Below, piece by piece: positions 54,182 to 63,805 of a stretch of 64,000 bases of DNA. Within the stretch, counting starts at the first letter, position 1. Each line of letters opens with the position of its first letter. The notes beneath the pieces were generated by a model. That model saw only the letters and a list, made by a program, of their open reading frames with translations. It made no database searches and was not told the origin of the DNA. Made by a program: the position numbers and the translations under genes. This DNA is from Nitrospirota bacterium (GTDB lineage: Bacteria; Nitrospirota; UBA9217), in contig CAVVOB010000039.1 in the NCBI GenBank assembly GCA_963749655.1, positions 1 to 64,000 of the forward strand, given 5' to 3'.

Positions 54182-55189
54182 TCAAAGCTTTATCGTCGTT
54201 TCACGGTCCTGGGCAGTCAAGCCGGCGCTGTACTCGACCACTTTCTCCGGGGCGCTGGGATCGTACATCTTGGCATAGGGATCGGTTTTGAGCAGTTCCA
54301 GCGCGCGGTTTACCGAATTCCTGTCCTCGAGACCGATATTCTTCAGGTGAATGCCCTCCCGCGTCACGGTGAAGGACCTGAACGAACAGGGATAGGACAC
54401 GATGGCGGGGTCGGCGACATAGGTGATCTTTCCCGCGGTGATCACCCGGGATGCGTGGTGGTGTCCCGAGACCACGAGACGGACGTTCGGATATTTTTCC
54501 AGGATGCTGCGAACCCTATCATGGTTCTTAACCATCCAGAGCGACCACTCGGGGGTGCTGTCCTTTGGTGTTGTAGGCATGATCAGCTGATGGGTAAATA
54601 CGATGATGAGTTTTTTGTTCTTGTTCGCCTTCAGTTCATTTTCCAACCACTTCAGACTTTCGGGACTCGCCTCGCCGTGGGGCTTGCCGTCGATGGTCAC
54701 ATCCAGACCGATGGCGCGTACTCCCCGGACCGGCTCAACGGACCATGACGAGTTCCCGGGTTTGAGTCCTTTCCCGCTCCAGACTTTGAGAAAATCTTCC
54801 CGCCCCAGTTTGGACGATCCGCTCACCGGTGAGACTTCGGTATTGCCCAGCAGGATGTAATAGGGCATATTGAGATGGGCCGTCCATTTTTGGAACACAT
54901 CCAGGGATTCCTTGTCGTTGGCGCCGTAGTGGACCTGATCGCCGCCAAAAACGACGAAACTGAGTTTGGGAAGCCGGGAAAGCTGGCGCAGAGCATCGAT
55001 AAAGAGCGGTACGCTCTTTTCACGATAGAGCCAGGTGCTGTCGCCCTGCACGTCGAGGTGCAGGTCGGTAACATGGGCAAAATTGAACTTGGGAACGTCC
55101 AGAGCCTCGGCAAAAGGGATGAAGAATTCCCCTGCCGCCAGCACGGTACCTGCAGCTGCAACACCCTTAAGGAACTTACGTCTGTTCAT
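54182..55189 (-). CDS. Tat-exported calcineurin-like metallophosphoesterase
   Basis: NRRKFLK Tat signal; DLH, GD, GNTE, H and GHHH motifs. Confidence 0.88.
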   Translation of the reverse strand: MNRRKFLKGVAAAGTVLAAGEFFIPFAEALDVPKFNFAHVTDLHLDVQGDSTWLYREKSVPLFIDALRQLSRLPKLSFVVFGGDQVHYGANDKESLDVFQKWTAHLNMPYYILLGNTEVSPVSGSSKLGREDFLKVWSGKGLKPGNSSWSVEPVRGVRAIGLDVTIDGKPHGEASPESLKWLENELKANKNKKLIIVFTHQLIMPTTPKDSTPEWSLWMVKNHDRVRSILEKYPNVRLVVSGHHHASRVITAGKITYVADPAIVSYPCSFRSFTVTREGIHLKNIGLEDRNSVNRALELLKTDPYAKMYDPSAPEKVVEYSAGLTAQDRETTIKL

Positions 55190-55398
55190 GAGCACCTCGA
55201 AGCATCGGATTTTTCAGCAAGGGAAACCGATTCTCCCCCTTTCAAGGGCGGATGATCGGTCCTCTGCAGGACCTGCGAATTTATTCTTGCCGTGCGAAAT
55301 AAAATTGACATATTCCCTGAAGGATGTCAAGGGCAAAAGTGCGTGTGTTGATCGGAAAGCCTGTTGAATTTCGACGATGCCTATGCTATGTTACGATC

Positions 55399-56850
55399 AT
55401 GAAGGACTTGTTGAAACAACTGCCGTCGGTCGATGAGGTGCTGAAGGCGGACCGGACCCGGCAATGGCTCGAAACCAGCCCGCGCGCCCTCGTGCTCGAA
55501 GCCGTCAGAACGGCCATCGACGGCATGCGAAAGGCGATTCTCGAAGCGGGGCCGACAGGGATCCGGCAGGACGTAGAGCTCGCAGACGTCCTTGCCCGGG
55601 CCGAAAAGATCCTCCGAGAGCTCTCTGAGCCGAGCCTTAAGCGTGTCATCAACGCCACCGGCGTCGTCGTCCACACGAACCTGGGCAGATCCATCCTTTC
55701 AGAAAAAGCGATCGAGCGCGTTGTCGAGGTGAGCCGGGGCTACTCGAACCTGGAATACGACATCGCAGCGGGCGAACGGGGCAAACGCCATGTGCACGTC
55801 GAAGCCATCCTCGCCAGGCTCACGGGCGTTGAAGCGGCCACGGCAGTGAACAACAATGCCGCGGCAGTGCTTCTTTGCCTCAACACGCTGGCCCGGGGCA
55901 AGGAAGTGGTCGTTTCGCGGGGAGAGCTCGTGGAGATCGGCGGCTCGTTCCGCGTGCCCGAGGTCATGGAGCGCAGCGGCGCAATCCTGCGCGAAGTGGG
56001 CGCCACGAACAAGACCCATCTCAAGGACTACGAAAAAGCGATCAACGATAATACGGGGCTGCTGCTCAAGGTCCACACCAGCAATTATAAGATCGTGGGA
56101 TTCACGAAAGAAGTCACGCCCGAAGAACTGGCTCAGCTGGGGAAAAAGCGGAAGATTCCCGTTATGTGGGACCTCGGGAGCGGCAGCTTCATCGACCTCC
56201 GGGCCTACGGCGCGGGCGACGAGCCCACGGTGCAGCAGGCTGTTGACGCGGGCCTGGACATCGTCACCTTCAGCGGCGACAAGCTCCTGGGCGGCCCCCA
56301 GGCCGGAATGATCCTGGGGAAAAAGAACCTCCTCGATGCCATCCGTTCCAACCCCCTTACCCGCGCGCTCAGGCTCGACAAGATGACCCTGGCCGCGCTG
56401 GACGCGACGTTGAGCCAGTACCTCGACATGGACAAGGCTGCGAAGGACATCCCCACGCTCTGGATGCTGACCCAGCCCCTTTCCGAGATCGAACGAAAGG
56501 CCGAGCTGCTGGCCGCCGGCATCAGGTCCGCTTCCGGGTCCGGACTGGCCGTATCGTTCCAGGCGGACAAATCGCAAAGCGGCGGCGGCGCGCTGCCCAC
56601 GGGGAATTTCCCCACGCGGACCGTCTGCCTCCGCCATAAGACCTTGAGCGCAAACCAGATCGAGTTAGGCCTCCGCCTCGGACGCCCACCCATCATCGCA
56701 CGCATCAAGGAGGGGATGGTGGTTTTCGATCCGCGAACGCTCAATGATGAAGAGATCGGAAAGATCGTGGAAGCGATAGGAAAACTGTATCAAGGGTCCG
56801 GTAGCCAGGGTCCAGGGTCCACGAATCAGAAAACAGACACTATCAAATAA
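55399..56850 (+). CDS. selA: L-seryl-tRNA(Sec) selenium transferase
   Basis: VINATGVVVHTNLGRS, ELVEIGGSFR, FSGDKLLGGPQAG. Confidence 0.97.
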   Translation: MKDLLKQLPSVDEVLKADRTRQWLETSPRALVLEAVRTAIDGMRKAILEAGPTGIRQDVELADVLARAEKILRELSEPSLKRVINATGVVVHTNLGRSILSEKAIERVVEVSRGYSNLEYDIAAGERGKRHVHVEAILARLTGVEAATAVNNNAAAVLLCLNTLARGKEVVVSRGELVEIGGSFRVPEVMERSGAILREVGATNKTHLKDYEKAINDNTGLLLKVHTSNYKIVGFTKEVTPEELAQLGKKRKIPVMWDLGSGSFIDLRAYGAGDEPTVQQAVDAGLDIVTFSGDKLLGGPQAGMILGKKNLLDAIRSNPLTRALRLDKMTLAALDATLSQYLDMDKAAKDIPTLWMLTQPLSEIERKAELLAAGIRSASGSGLAVSFQADKSQSGGGALPTGNFPTRTVCLRHKTLSANQIELGLRLGRPPIIARIKEGMVVFDPRTLNDEEIGKIVEAIGKLYQGSGSQGPGSTNQKTDTIK

Positions 56851-56920
56851 TAATTCTGAAAATTTTTTTCTCGATTGCTTGCTGCTTTTCCCCGGCCACC
56901 GGCCCCAGGCCCCCGGCCCC
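56793..56920. repeat. Inverted heptamer array pair (GGGTCCR / CCCCGGC)
   Basis: At the selA/selB junction; shares AGGGTCCGGTAGCC with the alaC/hom junction at about 17740. Confidence 0.7.
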
Positions 56921-56926
56921 TTCTTT

Positions 56927-58828
56927 ATGAAATACATTATCCTCGGCACTGCCGGACATATCGACCACGGAAAATCGAGCCTCGTCAAGGCCCTGACGGG
57001 CGTTGACCCCGACCGTTTGAAGGAAGAAAAAGAGCGCGGCATTACCCTCGATCTCGGCTTCGCGTCGATCGACCTTCCGGGAGGAAACCGCCTCGGCATT
57101 GTCGACGTTCCCGGACATGAAGGCCTGATCAAGAACATGCTCGCCGGCGTCGGCGGCATCGATATCGTGATGCTGGTGATCGCCGCGGACGAGGGGATCA
57201 TGCCGCAGACCCGCGAACACCTCGCCATCTGCGATCTCCTGCACGTGAAGAAAGGCATCATCGCACTGACAAAAACAGACATGGTCGAGAAGGACTGGCT
57301 CGTGCTGGTCCAGGACGAAATAAGGGACTTTGTCAAGGGGACCTTTCTCGAGCGCGCTCCCATCGTCCCGGTCTCATCCAAGACGGGCGAAAATCTGTCC
57401 GGCCTGACCGCGGAACTCGGCAGGATGGCCAATGACGTCACCCCGAAATCCCCCAACGGCATCCTTCGCCTTCCCATCGACCGCGTATTTACCATGAAGG
57501 GGTTCGGCACCGTCGTTACCGGAACACTCCTCTCCGGCACGATCAGCCTCGAACAGGAGGTCGTCGTGCTGCCGCGAAAGCTCCAGACCAGGGTGCGCGG
57601 CATCCAGTCCCACAACCAGACGGTGCAGCGCGCCGTCGCGGGCCAACGCACGGCGGTAAATCTCCAGGGCATGGAGAAAGACCAGCTGTCGCGCGGCGAT
57701 GCCATAGTCAGCGCCGGCTTTTTTACACCGACCAGAACGATCGATGCAAAGCTCGACCTTCTCAAGCAGGCGCCGCGCGGGCTCAAGACCGGGGCGCGCA
57801 TCCGTTTCTACAATACGACCCAGGAGGCCATCGGCAGAATTACGGTGCTGGGATCAACCGAAATTACCCCGGGCCAGGAAGCCTTCGTCCAGATGCGCTT
57901 TGAACAACCTGTTATCGTCCAGCACGGAGACCGGTACATCCTGCGATTCTATTCGCCCATGGAGACCCTCGGCGGCGGCATGGTCCTCAATCCGCATACC
58001 CGGCGGCACCGGCAGGCGACCATGAAGGAATCGCTTGAGAACCTGCAAGCGCTCAATGAGGGGACGATCGACAACAAACTCTCGCTCCTCGTCGCGGGTA
58101 GAGGGCTTGTCGGCATGACCGAGGCCGAAGCCATCGGTGTGATTGCATCGGACAAACAGGAGATTACAGGGTCCCTGGCGTCGCTGGTCCAGAAAAAGAT
58201 CGTGTTTCGCATCGATACCCTCTATGTTCATGCAACCCATCTCGGGACACTCGAAAAAAAGGTCATGGACCTCGTCAAACAGTATCATCGGGACAATCCC
58301 CTGAAATCCGGCATGGACAAGGAAGAGCTCAAAGGCATGCTCAGGCTGCGAGTCGACGCAAAGGTGCTGAACATTGCCGTTGAAGGGCTCGTCAAGAAGA
58401 AGCAGCTTGAACTCGACGGGTCAAAACTGCGGGCGCCCGGCTTCAAAGCCGCGGGCGGCAAGGTCAATGACGAGGTCAAAAACAAGATCGTTGCCGCAAT
58501 CAAGAAAGGCGGCACCCAGCCGCCGGTCCGGGAGGAACTTCCCACTCTCTTCGGCATAGCGGACAAAGACGCGCGGGACCTGCTGAAACTCCTGGCCGAC
58601 GAAGGCAGGACCGTGCGCATCAATGATTCGCTTCACCTGGACAGGGACGTCGTAGAGGCGATCAGGACTGACCTCAAAAGGCATCTGGAGGAAAAAAAGG
58701 AAATCACCATGGCGGAGTTTCGCGATCTGGCCAAAACGTCGCGCAAATTTGCCGTGCCGATCATGGAATACTTCGACTCGCAGAAACTGACGCAGCGGGT
58801 CGGCGACAAACGGGTATTGAGAGGCTGA
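56927..58828 (+). CDS. selB: Selenocysteine-specific elongation factor
   Basis: GTAGHIDHGKS, DVPGHE, C-terminal winged helix SRKFAVPIMEYFD..RVGDKR. Confidence 0.97.
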   Translation: MKYIILGTAGHIDHGKSSLVKALTGVDPDRLKEEKERGITLDLGFASIDLPGGNRLGIVDVPGHEGLIKNMLAGVGGIDIVMLVIAADEGIMPQTREHLAICDLLHVKKGIIALTKTDMVEKDWLVLVQDEIRDFVKGTFLERAPIVPVSSKTGENLSGLTAELGRMANDVTPKSPNGILRLPIDRVFTMKGFGTVVTGTLLSGTISLEQEVVVLPRKLQTRVRGIQSHNQTVQRAVAGQRTAVNLQGMEKDQLSRGDAIVSAGFFTPTRTIDAKLDLLKQAPRGLKTGARIRFYNTTQEAIGRITVLGSTEITPGQEAFVQMRFEQPVIVQHGDRYILRFYSPMETLGGGMVLNPHTRRHRQATMKESLENLQALNEGTIDNKLSLLVAGRGLVGMTEAEAIGVIASDKQEITGSLASLVQKKIVFRIDTLYVHATHLGTLEKKVMDLVKQYHRDNPLKSGMDKEELKGMLRLRVDAKVLNIAVEGLVKKKQLELDGSKLRAPGFKAAGGKVNDEVKNKIVAAIKKGGTQPPVREELPTLFGIADKDARDLLKLLADEGRTVRINDSLHLDRDVVEAIRTDLKRHLEEKKEITMAEFRDLAKTSRKFAVPIMEYFDSQKLTQRVGDKRVLRG

Positions 58829-58937
58829 CACCTACCCGGTTTCCCGCCCAAACGTCCTCATGCCATCTGTTTTGACTTTCTATTTTTCCCGGAATGTCGT
58901 ATTATTTCCTTCAACCTTCCGCATCGCGCAAGGAGTA

Positions 58938-59255
58938 ATGAATATGAATCTGGCCGCTGTTGCATCTCTCGCTTTTATCCTGAACCTCCCTTTCGGCTAC
59001 TGGAGGGTAAATGAAAAAAAACTCTCGCCTCGCTGGTTTGTCGCCGTCCACGTACCGGTTCCCTTCATCATCGCTCTTCGCGTCTTTTCCGGTCTGGGCT
59101 GGCAGTTCATAACTTTTCCGGTTATGATCGGCGCCTACTTCGGCGGCCAGTTTCTGGGCGGCAAATTCCACGATCTGCGCAGTACTAAATCAGGGGTCCG
59201 GGTCAGTTCCTGCCTGGTCTGGGACCTCGTAAGCCCCGGTCTGAAACAGCGCTGA
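58938..59255 (+). CDS. Small hypothetical membrane protein
   Basis: NLPFGYWR..WFVAVHVPVP; RBS AGGAG. Confidence 0.75.
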   Translation: MNMNLAAVASLAFILNLPFGYWRVNEKKLSPRWFVAVHVPVPFIIALRVFSGLGWQFITFPVMIGAYFGGQFLGGKFHDLRSTKSGVRVSSCLVWDLVSPGLKQR

Positions 59256-59414
59256 AGAACTCCTTCACTGGATCTCGTGCCACGCTATTCCCGCGTTTTC
59301 ACCGCAGATTCCCGCCTCGGTTAAACGACTTCCTCGTTCCGGGCTGCCCGGACATGCGGCTGTGTTCGTGTATACGCACGGCATTGTCTTCAGCATCATG
59401 TTTCGGCGCGGGCA

Positions 59415-60680
59415 GTGGTATACTTGGCATGGAGGACGTCGGCATTGCCTGAACAAAGAGTGATAAGCACACTTTTCAGCTCTCTCCGGCACCGGAACTT
59501 TCGCCTGTTCTGGTTCGGACAGCTCGTATCTCTTATCGGCACGTGGATGCAGAACGTCGGCCAGGCATGGCTCGTGCTTGAACTGACGCATTCCTCGCTG
59601 AAACTCGGCATCGTATCTGCGCTGCAGTTTGCTCCTATGCTGTTCCTGTCCCTTCCCGCCGGCGTGATGATCGACTCTTTCCCGAAACGAAAGATCATCA
59701 TTGCCACGCAAATCGCCATGATGATCCTGGCCCTGACGCTTGCCGCCCTGGACTGGAGCGGGACGGTCCGCTATTGGCAAGTCGTGATCCTCGCAACGCT
59801 ACTGGGCGTCGCCAATACGATCGACATGCCCGCTCGCCAGGCGTTCCTGATCGAAATGGTCGGCAAGGATGACCTCATGAACGCTATTGCGTTGAACTCG
59901 TCGATCTTTAACGCCGCTCGTGCTATTGGTCCGGCGATCGCAGGCATCCTGATCGGACTCCTGGGTACGGCGGCCTGTTTTCTGGTGAACGGCTTAAGCT
60001 ACCTGGCCGTTCTCTGGGGGCTTTCCCGCATGACCTTTAAAAGCGTTGCCGCGCAGGAGCCGCGCACCTACCAAATGCTGCAGGACATCACCGAGGCGCT
60101 CAAATACATCAGGAGCACTCCCGCAATACTGGTCACCATTCTGCTCGTTGCAGTCGTCAGCATTTTCGGATCCAATTTTACCGTCCTCGTGCCGGTTTTC
60201 TCCCGTCAGGAGCTCCATAAGGATGCCGCGGCCTTCGGCTTTCTCATGTCGTCCTTCGGCTCCGGCGCTCTCATCGGCGCCGTGTCCCTTGCCCTCATGA
60301 GCCGCAGCGGCCCCCGACCGCTTTTTCTATTGGGAGGCGGCATCTGCCTTTCCTTTTTCCTCATTCTCATCGGCGTGCAGCGGTCCTTCGGGATCACGGC
60401 AGTGCTCCTGGCGTTGTCCGGCTGGTCCATGGTGACCTTTTTCGGCATGGCGAATACAACGGTCCAGCTCAATACGGAAGACCGCCTTCGCGGAAGGGTC
60501 ATGAGTGTTTATACCTTCACCTTTGGAGGATTGACGCCTTTCGGAAGTCTTTTCGCGGGAGTAACGGCCCACTGGATCAAAGCACCCCTTGCCTTTGCCC
60601 TCGGCGGGTTGATCTGCGGGATCGTTTTCGTGATCGCGGCGTTGATGCGGAAAAAAGTGCCGGCCTGGCGGGATGCATAG
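59415..60680 (+). CDS. MFS transporter (MFS_3/DUF894-like)
   Basis: RHRNFRLFWFGQLVSLIGTWMQ, NAIALNS, LRGRVMS. Confidence 0.9.
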   Translation: MVYLAWRTSALPEQRVISTLFSSLRHRNFRLFWFGQLVSLIGTWMQNVGQAWLVLELTHSSLKLGIVSALQFAPMLFLSLPAGVMIDSFPKRKIIIATQIAMMILALTLAALDWSGTVRYWQVVILATLLGVANTIDMPARQAFLIEMVGKDDLMNAIALNSSIFNAARAIGPAIAGILIGLLGTAACFLVNGLSYLAVLWGLSRMTFKSVAAQEPRTYQMLQDITEALKYIRSTPAILVTILLVAVVSIFGSNFTVLVPVFSRQELHKDAAAFGFLMSSFGSGALIGAVSLALMSRSGPRPLFLLGGGICLSFFLILIGVQRSFGITAVLLALSGWSMVTFFGMANTTVQLNTEDRLRGRVMSVYTFTFGGLTPFGSLFAGVTAHWIKAPLAFALGGLICGIVFVIAALMRKKVPAWRDA

Positions 60681-60815
60681 CACCCGCCTTTCCGGACGTC
60701 TCTTCGCGCTGCGGCGACAGAGGCATTCCCTCTACCGTTCGGGAAGCTGAATATTCCGATCACAGACGCCCGCCTTTGCTATGATCTCTCCATTTTTTAT
60801 GCTATTATATCTTCC

Positions 60816-62790
60816 ATGCCTGAACAGGAAATCAACATCCTTCGCGAGCTGATCATCATCCTCGCTGTTTCGCTTCCCATAACCTACCTTTTTCACCGCG
60901 CCAAATTGCCTGCTCTCGTCGGATTCCTGATCACGGGAATCCTCATCGGACCCTATGGAGCGGCGATCATCACCGAGATCCATGTCGTCGAGCGCCTTGC
61001 CGATATCGGCGTAGTCCTTCTTCTGTTCACGGTGGGGCTTGAATTTTCCATTGCCGACATTCTGAGGACGGGACGCCAGCTCCTGGCAGGCGGGATAACC
61101 CAGGTTCTGCTGACCATTGCGGCAGTAACGGGCATTGCAGTAGCGCTCCACTACCCACTGCACCAGGCCGTCTTTTTCGGATTTCTTGCGTCCCTCAGCA
61201 GCACCGCCATCGTGCTGAAGATGTATGCCGACAGGACCGAACTCGATACGGCCCATGGACGGCTCGCCACCGGCATCCTGCTTTTTCAGGACATCGCCGT
61301 CGTGCCCATGATGCTCCTGCTGCCGGTCCTGAGCACCGCAGGCAACGGTCACGCTTCTTTCCGTAGTGCTTTCACTGGGAAAAGCGCTTATCGGTCTTAT
61401 CGCGGTTTATGTTGCGGCGCGCAAGGCGGTCCCCTTCCTTCTGCACCAGGTGATACGGCTCAGGAACCGCGAGATGTTCTTCCTGCTGGTCGTACTCCTC
61501 TGCCTCGGAACCGCATGGATTACCTATTCCCTGAATCTCTCACTCGCTCTGGGCGCGTTCCTGGCGGGGCTTATCATCTCGGAGTCCGAGTACAGCCACC
61601 ATATCGTGACCGAAATCATGCCGTTCCGGGACTACTTCGCGAGCATCTTCTTCATATCCATCGGCATGCTGCTCCATACCAGCTACTTTGCCGCGCACTG
61701 GCCGGTTCTCATGGCAATGACGTTTGCCCTCGTAGCTTTGAAAACAGCTCTCGTTGTTGCAACGGCGAAAACACTGCGCTACCCCATCAGATCGGCGCTG
61801 CTGACCGGCCTGGGGCTTGCGCAGATCGGGGAATTCGCCTTCCTGCTCGCCCAACAGGGCCAGATGAAGGGATTGATGGGCGAGGACATCTTTCAGATGT
61901 TCATCAACACGTCCATCCTGAGCATGCTCATAACACCCTTCCTGATTCAGGCCGGACCATGGATGACTGTGCGACTGGCTGTTTTGCCCGGCAATCAGGG
62001 AGAAAAGGCTGAAGAGTGCGGACTGAAGGGCCACACCATTATCGTGGGCTACGGCTTGAACGGCCAGAACCTTGCGAAAACGCTCAAGGCTACCCACATC
62101 CCCTATGTGGTGCTCGAGGTGAATGCCGACACGATCCGCAAGGCGCGTGCGGAAGGAGAGCCGATCCTGTATGGAGATATCACCCGGCGGGATGCGCTCC
62201 AACGCTCAGGCGTTGACTGCGCGAAAGTGATCGTATTCGCGATATCGGACTATGCAGCTGCACGGATCGCCATCCCCGCAGTTCGTGAGTTGAATCCCTC
62301 GATATTCATCCTCATCCGAACGCGGTATGCCGCTGAAGTGGACGAACTGTACAAGCTCGGCGCGAACCAGGTCATTCCCGAGGAGTTCGAGACTTCCATC
62401 GAGATATTCTCGCGCGTCCTCCACGAATATCACGTACCGAACAATGTCATCGCCAACCAGATCCAGCTCGTCCGGTTCGGCGGTTATAAGATGCTCCGCG
62501 GCGTTTCCCTCGACCAGGAGAATCTCGGCCGTGTTGCAGCGCTTTTTGCAGGCGCCACCGTTGACAGCATCCAGATCGGGCCCGACTCACCGGCTGCGGG
62601 AATGACACTCCGCGATCTCGACATCAGAAACAGAACAGGCGCCACGGTCATCGCCGTTGCACGGAACGGTGAAGCAGTCGCGAATCCGGGCCCTGATTTC
62701 GCCCTGCTAACCGACGATATCGTCGTGGTCCTCGGCGCTCATGCGGACCTGGACAAAGCAGTGAGCTTGCTGACGCGAAATCAAGGGTGA
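60816..62790 (+). CDS. CPA2/Kef-type K+/H+ antiporter with TrkA-N and TrkA-C domains; frameshift near 61360
   Basis: GVVLLLFTVGLEFS, SSTAIV, FQDI, IIVGYGLNG, RNRTGATVIAV. Confidence 0.9.
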
Positions 62791-62854
62791 GCGGATTTCA
62801 GAAGGCAATTCCGGAGCGAAACGGGAAACATCCGAAGGGAGCGCAGAAATCCAG

Positions 62855-62883
62855 TTGCGGTCAGGCGAGGACTCAAGTATAAT
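62855..62883 (+). promoter_or_regulatory. Sigma70 promoter of selC
   Basis: TTGCGG-17 bp-TATAAT, about 70 bp upstream of the tRNA. Confidence 0.6.
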
Positions 62884-62952
62884 TACACCATCGACCGCTT
62901 TTCATATCTAAGCAGCACTATCCTGTCTGTATGTTCAGTCTACCTTCTACAA

Positions 62953-63051
62953 GGGAGAGGTTACGGAGCTGGTGCCCGTCCCGGCCTTCAAAGCCGTTGT
63001 CACCGTGCGAGAGTACGGTGAGGTGAGTTCGATTCTCATGCTCTCCCGCCA
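62953..63051 (+). tRNA. selC: tRNA-Sec (anticodon UCA)
   Basis: GGGAGAG...CTCTCCC-GCCA, TGGT D-loop, CTTCAAA anticodon loop, 9-bp variable arm, GTTCGATT T-loop; near selAB. Confidence 0.93.
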
Positions 63052-63238
63052 TTCAAATTCAGTATTTCAATGAGTTAACGCGGAGAATGCCTTTATTTTC
63101 TCCCCGTGCTCTCCCCGCAATTCATCGGCTTGCGGTCTTTCTTTCCCTGATAGGTCAACTTCATGGTTACAATGATGTCCATGAGCTGACACCTTTCGTT
63201 CTTTTCGTTCAGTCTTTTTAAAACACGGTCGAGTTTGT

Positions 63239-63280
63239 TATAGCCCCGGGTTTCTCTGGTTCGGAGATCCCGGGGCTATT
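63239..63280. terminator. Strong hairpin downstream of a small minus-strand ORF
   Basis: ATAGCCCCGGG...CCCGGGGCTAT inverted repeat. Confidence 0.5.
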
Positions 63281-63287
63281 GGTCTTA

Positions 63288-63380
63288 CTACAGCAGACCG
63301 CAGTCTTTGAGAAATCTTATGATGCTGATCAAAATCTTTTCTACCGGCGTTCTTCTCGTCTGCTTTCGTCTTTTTTTCAT
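63288..63380 (-). CDS. Putative 30-aa basic amphipathic peptide
   Basis: MKKRRKQTRRTPVEKILISIIRFLKDCGLL*, strong RBS AAGGAGG, hairpin directly after the stop. Confidence 0.45.
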   Translation of the reverse strand: MKKRRKQTRRTPVEKILISIIRFLKDCGLL

Positions 63381-63546
63381 TTGTGCCTCCTTTCCTGAAC
63401 GTTTTTAACATAAAATTTGAAAGTGTTTGGGCCGGACAACGGCACCTGCCACACTCCCGCTACGGTAGCAAATTTCCCTGCCACGTTCTGGCAGGTGATG
63501 GAACTTTCTTTTTCACTGCTCACCTTCCATCCCTTTTTTATTTCCC

Positions 63547-63575
63547 TTGACAATAGCTAAAATATTAGCTATTAT
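63547..63575 (+). promoter_or_regulatory. Sigma70 promoter with overlapping palindromic operator
   Basis: TTGACA-17 bp-TATTAT; AATAGCTAA-aata-TTAGCTATT (63552-63573). Confidence 0.7.
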
Positions 63576-63604
63576 AATAGCCATCGCATCGGAAAGGAGG
63601 CGGC

Positions 63605-63805
63605 ATGGTCAATTTGAAGTTCAAGACGGTTTCGGAGTTGAGGCAGCAGGCGACGCAGATCGTGGCCGAGGTCGAGCGAACCGGCAAGCAGGTTATCATC
63701 ACGAAGAACGGGAAGCCAGTGGTAGTGATTCAGCGTGTTACAGAAGAAGAGTTGAGTCTGGACAAACCGAAGAAAAAAAATAAAAAAGGGAGGAAACGAA
63801 AATGA
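63605..63805 (+). CDS. Phd/YefM family antitoxin/DNA-binding protein
   Basis: TVSELRQQATQIVAEVERTGKQVIITKNGKPVVVI; RBS AAGGAGG. Confidence 0.88.
   Translation: MVNLKFKTVSELRQQATQIVAEVERTGKQVIITKNGKPVVVIQRVTEEELSLDKPKKKNKKGRKRK

Noticed and set aside
2044-56920. CRISPR array
   Set aside because: Repeats are 7-10 bp tandem units without unique spacers; no cas genes
4012-62790. Split genes read as pseudogenes or programmed frameshifts
   Set aside because: Breaks also hit housekeeping genes (rpsR, ssb, hom), show no consistent slippery motif, and are best explained by sequencing indels
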